64,000 bases of DNA from Candidatus Binatia bacterium. GTDB taxonomy: Bacteria; Desulfobacterota; Binatia; HRBIN30. Positions 57,108 to 64,000 of the stretch are shown here, in pieces. Below the pieces are notes generated by a model. It was not told the DNA's origin, searched no databases, and saw only the letters and a program-made list of their open reading frames with translations. Made by a program: the position numbers and the translations under genes. The stretch covers positions 128,001-192,000 of the forward strand of contig JBBRSP010000002.1 of NCBI GenBank assembly GCA_038245295.1. The letters are read 5' to 3'. Position 1 is the stretch's first letter. Each line of letters begins with the position of its first letter.

Positions 57108-57259
57108 CACGATCCCTCCTGTCGACACGACCATGCATTGCCGAGGAGCATCGACAATGCAAGGCGTAGGCGAGAGGGCAGTCGTCGGGTGAACCAAACT
57201 CAGATGGATCCTACGGATCCCTTGCGGTTCAATGAAGGCCTGGACTATGCGTGCCGCCG

Positions 57260-59989
57260 ATGTCCCGAACTCCCTGGTTGGCTGGTTGTGTTGCTATTGT
57301 CGCCTTGACGCTGAGCGGTTGCGCCGGTGATGGCAACGGTGTCGTCGCGGCGCCGGCGGCAACCACGACGCCGTCGGTGACACGAACTGTCTCGCCCGCC
57401 CCTTCTGCTACAGCGAGCGCCGCCCCGAGCCCGACATCGTCCACCGTCCCGTCGACCACGTCCACGTCGACGTCACAGCCAAGCGCGACCCCAACCCCAA
57501 CCGCAACGCTGCCGGCGTTGGCGACGGCAACGATGCCCGCCCAAACGCAGATCATCCTGTCCCGCGGCGCGTTTTCCCTGGTAGTGGCTGCCAACCCGCC
57601 GGCGCTGACCCTGCAGCGCGGCAGCACGACCCTCCTCTCGTGGCCGGCCGATGCGCTGCAGCTCGGACGCGTCGACGCCGTCGACAACGCGCGCAACTAC
57701 GATCCGTATTACCTCTATCTCAACGACCCCTTGTTCCAGCCGCCGGCCGGCCTGCGTTGGCTGTCGCCGCAGTCGGCTCAATTGACCAGCAGCAATGCCG
57801 ACAGCGCAACTTTGACACTGACCTACCCCGAAGACGTGCACGCCACGTTGACGATACAGGCAACCGTCGAAGGCCGTTTCGAAGCCCGGCTACAGCCAAC
57901 CGCCGGCGGACCCATCGCGTACTTCCGCCTGCGACCACGAGCGGATCACACGGAAGGCTTCTACGGACTCGGCGAATCCTTCGACGACGTGAACCAGCGC
58001 GGCAAGCTGCGCGCCATGCAGCTCGAGCTCGACGGCAACATCGAGAGCTCCGACAACGAAGCACACGTGCCGATTCCCTTCCTCATCGGCACCACCGGGT
58101 GGGGGCTCTTCGTCAACTCACCCTATCCGGCGACCTTCGACGTGGCGCGCCAGGCCGACGATCTGGTCGAAGCAACGTTCGCTACGGCCGCGGCGTCGAA
58201 CGAAGGCCTGGTTTTCCACATTCTCGCGGCTGCCGAACCGCTCGATCTGACCAAGCACTACTACGACCTTACCGGCCTGCCGCAATTGCCGGCGCGTTGG
58301 GCGCTGGGTCCATGGATCTGGCGCGACGAGAACCGCGACCAAGCCGAGGTCGAGAACGACGTGCACACGCTGCGCGAGCTCGACCTGGCGACGACGGCGC
58401 TTTGGGTCGATCGCCCCTACGCCAGCGGTGTGAACACCTTCGACTTCAAATCCTCGCAGTTCCCCGACCCGAGCAAGATGATCCAGGTCGTCCACGATTA
58501 CGGCCTGCGCTTCGCCCTCTGGCATACGCCGTACCTCGATCGCTCCGATCCGACCACCCTCGAATTGCGGCAGTTCGCGTCGGCCAACGAATACTACCCT
58601 GTACGTTCGGGATTGCTTCTCAATGGTTGGGGGCGTCCGATCGATCTGACCAAGCCCGAGGCCTACCAGTGGTGGCAGGGTCTGATCCGCCGCTACACCG
58701 ATCTTGGCGTCGAAGGCTTCAAGCTCGACTACGGCGAGGACGTGGCGGTCGGGGTGTCGACGGCACGCTCCATCTGGCAGTTCCACGATGGCAGCGACGA
58801 ACGCACGATGCACGGGCGGTATCAGCTCTTCTACCATCAGGTGTACAAGGAGACGCTGCCGGAGACCGGCGGGCTCCTGCTGTGCCGTCACGCCACCATC
58901 GGCGACCAGCGCAACGTCAGCGTCATCTGGCCCGGCGACCTCGACGCGTCGTTCGCCAAACATCGCGAGGAAGTCACCGACGGTAACAGCACGTACATCG
59001 CGGTTGGCGGTCTGCCCGCCTCGATGATTGCTGGGATCACGCTCGGGCCGTCCGGTTTCCCCTTCTATGGCGCCGACACCGGCGGCTACCGTCATTCACC
59101 GCCCGACAAGGAACTGTTCACGCGCTGGTTCGAGCAGACCGCTCTGTCCTCGGTCATGCAGATCGGCACCAGTACGAACAATGTCGCCTGGGAGTTCAGT
59201 TCTGAAACCGGCTTCGATCAGGAGATGCTCGACTGGTATCGCCGCTACACACGCTTGCACCTGCGGCTGTTCCCCTACGAGTGGACCTACGCGCAGCGCA
59301 TCGCCCTTGACGGACGGCCGATCCAGCGCCCACTCGGTCTGGCGTATCCGGAGGTGGGACAACACCCGTCCGACGAGTACCTTTTCGGCGACGACCTGCT
59401 GGTGGCGCCGGTGGTCACGCGCGACCAACGGCAACGGCCGGTGATCTTCCCGGCGGGGGAATGGATCAACTGGTGGACCGAGCAAAGCCAACCCGGCTCG
59501 ACGACAGCGATGATCGATGCACCGCTCGATACCTTGCCGCTGTTCGTGCGGCGCGGCGCCATCATCCCTCTGCTGCGACCGACCATCGACGCGATGGCAC
59601 CGACGACGCAGCCGGACATGGTGGATTCGTACGCCACGACACCTGGGCGGCTGTATGTTCGTGTTGTGCCGGGCGGCGATACGTCCTTCGACGTCTTCGA
59701 CGGCGCCCATCTGGCGCAGCGTCTCCAGATCGGCGACGTCACCGACCGCATCGAGCTTGATCTGGACGGCGGGACGGAGTTCAGCCGCGGCGCGGTGTTC
59801 GAGGTCTTCGGGTATCCGGTGGCGCAGGTCATGACGGTCGCGGACAACGGCGCCCCCATGACCAGGAGCGACTCGTTAACGGCGCTGGAGACAATGGACG
59901 CCGGCTGGACTCTCGACGGACGCCTCTACGTCAAGGTCGGCACCGGATCACACCGGATCGTCGCCGCCGTCTCCCAGATTCCCAACTGA
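57260..59989 (+). CDS. GH31 family glycoside hydrolase, lipoprotein with Thr/Ser/Pro linker
   Basis: Lipobox LSGC; YGLGE, GFKLDYGE (nucleophile), WPGD, YLFGDDLLVAPV. Confidence 0.88.
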   Translation: MSRTPWLAGCVAIVALTLSGCAGDGNGVVAAPAATTTPSVTRTVSPAPSATASAAPSPTSSTVPSTTSTSTSQPSATPTPTATLPALATATMPAQTQIILSRGAFSLVVAANPPALTLQRGSTTLLSWPADALQLGRVDAVDNARNYDPYYLYLNDPLFQPPAGLRWLSPQSAQLTSSNADSATLTLTYPEDVHATLTIQATVEGRFEARLQPTAGGPIAYFRLRPRADHTEGFYGLGESFDDVNQRGKLRAMQLELDGNIESSDNEAHVPIPFLIGTTGWGLFVNSPYPATFDVARQADDLVEATFATAAASNEGLVFHILAAAEPLDLTKHYYDLTGLPQLPARWALGPWIWRDENRDQAEVENDVHTLRELDLATTALWVDRPYASGVNTFDFKSSQFPDPSKMIQVVHDYGLRFALWHTPYLDRSDPTTLELRQFASANEYYPVRSGLLLNGWGRPIDLTKPEAYQWWQGLIRRYTDLGVEGFKLDYGEDVAVGVSTARSIWQFHDGSDERTMHGRYQLFYHQVYKETLPETGGLLLCRHATIGDQRNVSVIWPGDLDASFAKHREEVTDGNSTYIAVGGLPASMIAGITLGPSGFPFYGADTGGYRHSPPDKELFTRWFEQTALSSVMQIGTSTNNVAWEFSSETGFDQEMLDWYRRYTRLHLRLFPYEWTYAQRIALDGRPIQRPLGLAYPEVGQHPSDEYLFGDDLLVAPVVTRDQRQRPVIFPAGEWINWWTEQSQPGSTTAMIDAPLDTLPLFVRRGAIIPLLRPTIDAMAPTTQPDMVDSYATTPGRLYVRVVPGGDTSFDVFDGAHLAQRLQIGDVTDRIELDLDGGTEFSRGAVFEVFGYPVAQVMTVADNGAPMTRSDSLTALETMDAGWTLDGRLYVKVGTGSHRIVAAVSQIPN

Positions 59990-60032
59990 TCGCTTCCGAC
60001 CACGTGCCGCGCGGCGTGGAAGCGCTGGTCTT

Positions 60033-60359
60033 CTAGTGCTTGTTCGCCGCGGCGGGCGCGGGGTTGGCCGCCACGTCGCCGATGGTGATCTGGGCGCGCA
60101 ACGCGGCCAGATTCTTCTCGCCGATGCCTTTGACGTTCTTCAGATCGTCGACGCTCTTGAACGGGCCGTTCTTGTCGCGGTGATCGACGATCGCCTTGGC
60201 CCTCGAGCTGCCGATCCCCTTGACGGTCTCGAGCTCGATGGCCGAGGCGCTGTTGATGTTCACTTGTTTGGCTTCCGTCGCAGCCAGAGCCGGCAGCGCA
60301 GCGGCAAACAGCCACGCTCCCAGCACCGCCGCCAACAATCCTCGCTTCTGAATGGTCAT
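60033..60359 (-). CDS. comEA: ComEA-like helix-hairpin-helix DNA-binding protein
   Basis: Signal peptide; VNINSAS..ELETVKGIG...NGPFKSVDDL..VKGIG. Confidence 0.88.
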   Translation of the reverse strand: MTIQKRGLLAAVLGAWLFAAALPALAATEAKQVNINSASAIELETVKGIGSSRAKAIVDHRDKNGPFKSVDDLKNVKGIGEKNLAALRAQITIGDVAANPAPAAANKH

Positions 60360-60432
60360 CTCGTTTTCCTCCTTCGTTCGGGGCGCTTCCACGCCAACGC
60401 GGCACACGCTTAGAATAATGAGCTATACAATC

Positions 60433-60453
60433 TTACAGTCAACTTGACTGTAA
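60433..60453. promoter_or_regulatory. Perfect 10-1-10 palindrome, candidate operator between divergent genes
   Basis: TTACAGTCAA-C-TTGACTGTAA in an AT-rich intergenic patch. Confidence 0.65.
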
Positions 60454-60554
60454 AGCATAGATGCAGGGAAGAGATGCGGTCGGGCGACCCGGGTGCGGTG
60501 CCCCTCGCAATCGTCGCGCAACTTTCGCTATTCGCTCACGTTGGTGGCGTCACT

Positions 60555-62810
60555 ATGAAACCTGCGACGTGTCGTTGGTTGTTTGCTGCGTTTGTCTTTC
60601 TCGGCTTCGCGGTCCCCTCGGTAACCTGGGCGGGACGCGACGGCGCCACTCCACCGCGTTTGAGCATGATCGAAGGCCAGGTCGCCCACTGGCGGCCCGG
60701 CAACGAAGACTGGGAAGAAGCCACCCTCAATCTGCCGATGGCTCCCGGCGACGCACTCGCCGTCGGACACAGCGGCAAGCTCGAATTGCAACTGGGCTCG
60801 CGCACTTTCCTGCGCGCCGGAGCCGACAGCGAGCTGGCTCTCGAGACACAAGAACCCAACTACATCTTCTTCAAGGCAACCGCAGGGCGCATCTCGCTCG
60901 ATGTACGCCACCTCGGGGCTGGTGAAACGATCGAGATTGGAACTCCACAGACGGCCCTCACCATCGAACAAACCGGTTACTATCGCCTCGACCTCGACGA
61001 ATCGGAAACTCGCATCACGACGCGTCGCGGCGGCCGCGCCCGGTTAACCACTCCACAGCGCGGTGTTGAAGAGATCGCTCCGGACGAAGAGGTCGTCGTC
61101 GACAGTTCCGGCGTCGGTCGTCGGCGCGATGCCTATGACCTCGACGACTGGGATCAGTGGAACTACGAGCGCAGCGAGCGAATCATCAGTGCGCCCACGC
61201 CACGTTATGTATCCGAAGATGTCTACGGCGCCGACGAGCTGGAGCATTACGGCACGTGGCAGGAAGAGCCGACCTATGGCCACGTCTGGGTGCCGCAGGT
61301 CGAAGAGTCGTGGGTGCCTTACAGCAGCGGCCGCTGGGTTCACGATCCGTTCTACGGTTGGAGCTGGATCGATACGGCGCCGTGGGGCTGGGCCCCCTTT
61401 CACTACGGCCGTTGGGTCCGCATCCATCAGTATTGGGGCTGGGCACCCGGGCCATTCGTCGTACGCCCCGTGTACGCTCCGGCCCTTGTTGCTTTCTTTG
61501 GCGGTTCCGGGTTCAGCGTCGGTTTCACCGTCGGGGTGCCGGCCGTGAGCTGGGTACCCCTGGGCTGGGGTGAGCCGTGTTTGCCCTGGTGGGGCAGCGT
61601 TGGCTTTGTGGGATATCCCTGGTGGGGTGGCTGGGGCGGCCCGCGCTGGCATCACGACGACGGCCATCACGATGACGGCCACCATTCGGGTGATGGATCG
61701 CACAACCATGGCCACGACTACGGACATGTCCACGACTACCAAAATGCCCGTGACCCACATGCCATCGTTGCCGTCGCCCGCGGACGGTTCGGCAACAGTC
61801 CCGTGGACAGGGTGCGCCTGGCACGAGTCGAAAACGAAAACCTGCGGCCGCTGCGGCAGCCCGAGCCGCGACGCCCCGACACAATCAACACCCGCCCGCG
61901 CCGCGAGACGGTCGACGCGCGCGACACCGTCTTGAGTCGTCCGGTGGTCTCACCCGCCGAGGCGGCACGCCGCAATCGCTCGGCAGTCGATCGCGTCCCG
62001 GAACGGTTCCACGGCACAGATGCCACCGTGGAGCGCCATCATCCGGTGAGTCCCACCTCCTCAGCCCCTGCCGCGGCTCCGGCTGGTCCGCGTAAGTTCT
62101 CCAATGCGGATCTCGACAACAACGGAGAGAGTGCCGCGCATCGCGACACGATTGATCGCCACGGGCCGCCGCCGCGCTTTGATCAGGACCGGCTGATGCA
62201 ATCTCGGGAACGCCGCGTTCCGGATACGTCGGGCGCGGCGCCGATGCCGGGGCATGGCGACATCGGCAAAACCAATGGAGTCGGTGAGCCGTCGCGACGA
62301 GGCGATCTCGAGTCGCACCGCCCGCGCCCTGACTTCGAACGCATCGAGCGCAACCATCCTGCCAACCAGGGAGGCGGCATTGGTTCGCCGACCGGTGGCA
62401 GCACCACCGGTACGCAGCCGGTACCGGCACGCGAGCAGCGTCGCGATCTCTACGAGTCGCGGGACCATCTTCCCGACCGTATTGAGCGGCAGCGAACCGA
62501 TTCGACTGCGGTCCACGAGGCCCCCGTTTACCACGCACCACCGCCGCAGCCGGTGATGCAAGACGCAGCGCCGCCTATCGAGCGCCACCGTCAAGAACGG
62601 CCGGAGCACATTGAGATACAGCATGCGCCGGCGCCACCGCCGGTGGTTTATCACGCTGCGCCCGCGCCGGCGCCACCGCCGATGGTTTATCACGCTGCGC
62701 CTGCTCCGGCGCCGGCACCAAGCGGCGGTGGCGGCGGCGGCGCTCCGGGTGGCAATGCGGGCGCTGGCTCCGTGCAACCCTCGCGTGGTCAGCCTCACCA
62801 TGCACGCTAG
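60555..62810 (+). CDS. Secreted FecR-like + DUF6600 (Trp/Gly/Pro-rich) protein with disordered tail
   Basis: RLSMIEGQV..NLPMAPGD; YGTW...WVPYSSGRW...PWGWAPFHYGRW...PVYAPALVAF. Confidence 0.82.
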   Translation: MKPATCRWLFAAFVFLGFAVPSVTWAGRDGATPPRLSMIEGQVAHWRPGNEDWEEATLNLPMAPGDALAVGHSGKLELQLGSRTFLRAGADSELALETQEPNYIFFKATAGRISLDVRHLGAGETIEIGTPQTALTIEQTGYYRLDLDESETRITTRRGGRARLTTPQRGVEEIAPDEEVVVDSSGVGRRRDAYDLDDWDQWNYERSERIISAPTPRYVSEDVYGADELEHYGTWQEEPTYGHVWVPQVEESWVPYSSGRWVHDPFYGWSWIDTAPWGWAPFHYGRWVRIHQYWGWAPGPFVVRPVYAPALVAFFGGSGFSVGFTVGVPAVSWVPLGWGEPCLPWWGSVGFVGYPWWGGWGGPRWHHDDGHHDDGHHSGDGSHNHGHDYGHVHDYQNARDPHAIVAVARGRFGNSPVDRVRLARVENENLRPLRQPEPRRPDTINTRPRRETVDARDTVLSRPVVSPAEAARRNRSAVDRVPERFHGTDATVERHHPVSPTSSAPAAAPAGPRKFSNADLDNNGESAAHRDTIDRHGPPPRFDQDRLMQSRERRVPDTSGAAPMPGHGDIGKTNGVGEPSRRGDLESHRPRPDFERIERNHPANQGGGIGSPTGGSTTGTQPVPAREQRRDLYESRDHLPDRIERQRTDSTAVHEAPVYHAPPPQPVMQDAAPPIERHRQERPEHIEIQHAPAPPPVVYHAAPAPAPPPMVYHAAPAPAPAPSGGGGGGAPGGNAGAGSVQPSRGQPHHAR
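62625..62702. repeat. 2 x 39-bp tandem repeat (APAPPPxVYHAAP)
   Basis: Direct inspection of the sequence. Confidence 0.85.
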
Positions 62811-62819
62811 GGGAGGCTT

Positions 62820-63119
62820 ATGAATCGAGTTGCCTGGATTCGCGACACGCTGGCGCAGACCTTTGCGCCGGCGCATCTGCAAGTAGACGATGATAGCGCC
62901 AAACATGCCGGGCACGCCGGGGCGCGCGGCGGCGGCGGGCATTTCAGCGTCTTGATCGTCAGTGAAGCATTCGATGGGCTCGATCTGGTGACGCGTCAGC
63001 GCCGCGTCTACGCCGCCCTGGGCGACGCCATGCGGCAGGAGATTCATGCGCTGGCGCTGCGCACGTTGACGCCGGCGGAATGGACGGCATCTCCCGGCGA
63101 CCGAAGCCCTGCGGGCTAA
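62820..63119 (+). CDS. bolA: BolA family protein
   Basis: DDSAKHAGH..GGGHF..IVSEAF...RQRRVY..IHAL. Confidence 0.93.
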   Translation: MNRVAWIRDTLAQTFAPAHLQVDDDSAKHAGHAGARGGGGHFSVLIVSEAFDGLDLVTRQRRVYAALGDAMRQEIHALALRTLTPAEWTASPGDRSPAG

Positions 63120-63219
63120 CCCGTAAACATCCCTTCCAGAGGCCCCGGCCCTGCCACCCACATCTAATTGAATTCTCGGGAGGCCTCTTCTATGGTTCCC
63201 CGCCGAGGTTTAAATCCCA

Positions 63220-64000
63220 GTGCTGAAGTTTATGCGACGCAATCCAGATGCGTTCTGGATCAAGGGTTTGTTCGGCGTTATCGCCGCCATCTTCATCTTT
63301 TGGGGCATCGGAGTTGTTGGCTCGGGTGGCCGCCGACGCGGCGTCGGTGGCGGCGCTTCCAAAGACGGTGGTTTGGTAACCGTGGCGATGGTGAATGGTG
63401 AATCTATTGAAGAGACCGATTATCGCCGCGCCTACGCCAACATGGAGCGGTTCTACCGCGAAATCTATAAAGACCAATTCAAGCCCGAGCTTCTCGAGGC
63501 CATGGATCTGAAGGGCAAGGCTCTCGATCAGCTGATCCATACGAGCCTTCTGCGTCAAGAAGCCGAGCGCCTCGGCCTCGAGGTTACGGACAGCGAGATC
63601 CGTGACAGCATCGCCGCGATGCCCAGCTTCCAGCAGGACGGACGCTTCGACAAGGACCTGTACGTTCGTGTCTTGCACGCCAATCGGCTTACGCCGGCGC
63701 AGTTCGAAGATTCGCAACGCCAGGACATTCTAGTGCGTAAACTCCAGGGCATGATCACCGACGGCGTCAGCGTGTCGGAGGCTGAAGCCAAGGAACGCTA
63801 CCAGTTCGACAACGACAAGATCGATCTGAAGATCGCCCACTTCGAAGGCGCCGCGTACACAGCGGAAGTGAAGCTCGCCGATGGCGATGCCCAGGCCTAC
63901 TACGACAAGCACAAGGACACCTTCGAACTGCCCGAGCAGGTCAAAATCGAATACGTGCTCTACCCAGCGGACAAGTTCGCCGACAAGGTCGTGCTCACCG
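63220..64000 (+). CDS. SurA-N-domain peptidyl-prolyl isomerase (PpiD-like), runs off the window end; not in ORF track
   Basis: Hand translation MLKFMRRNPDAFWIKGLFGVIAAIFIFWGIG...VAMVNGESI...ALDQLI..LLRQEAERLGLEVTDSEI. Confidence 0.88.
   Translation, partial: MLKFMRRNPDAFWIKGLFGVIAAIFIFWGIGVVGSGGRRRGVGGGASKDGGLVTVAMVNGESIEETDYRRAYANMERFYREIYKDQFKPELLEAMDLKGKALDQLIHTSLLRQEAERLGLEVTDSEIRDSIAAMPSFQQDGRFDKDLYVRVLHANRLTPAQFEDSQRQDILVRKLQGMITDGVSVSEAEAKERYQFDNDKIDLKIAHFEGAAYTAEVKLADGDAQAYYDKHKDTFELPEQVKIEYVLYPADKFADKVVLT

Overview
High-GC bacterial chromosomal segment; gene content and abundant Cys-rich secreted proteins suggest a Binatia/myxobacteria-like deltaproteobacterium (inference). Housekeeping genes: gpsA, rpmH-rnpA-yidD-yidC-jag (not next to dnaA or mnmE here), rhlB-csp-lnt, pssA, nadA, uvrC, dnaB, malQ, comEA, bolA and a partial SurA/PpiD-type foldase. 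There is also a cluster of uncharacterised secreted proteins (8.7-17.7 kb) and catabolic enzymes (19.7-32 kb). An accessory zone (33.2-50.5 kb) holds a ~2150-aa zinc-ribbon/class III cyclase/STAND ATPase/TPR protein with seven NTF2-like repeats, deletion remnants of three paralogues, four type II toxin-antitoxin pairs plus a YoeB fragment, a PAS + metallo-beta-lactamase pair, a sulfatase and a two-component pair. Many unrelated REP-like palindrome families occur between genes and even in-frame inside the cyclase. Highlights: rpmH lies entirely inside the only canonically started rnpA reading frame (Thermus-like gene-in-gene), and an NLR-like cyclase/TA island. No tRNA, rRNA, CRISPR array, integrase or transposase was recognised.
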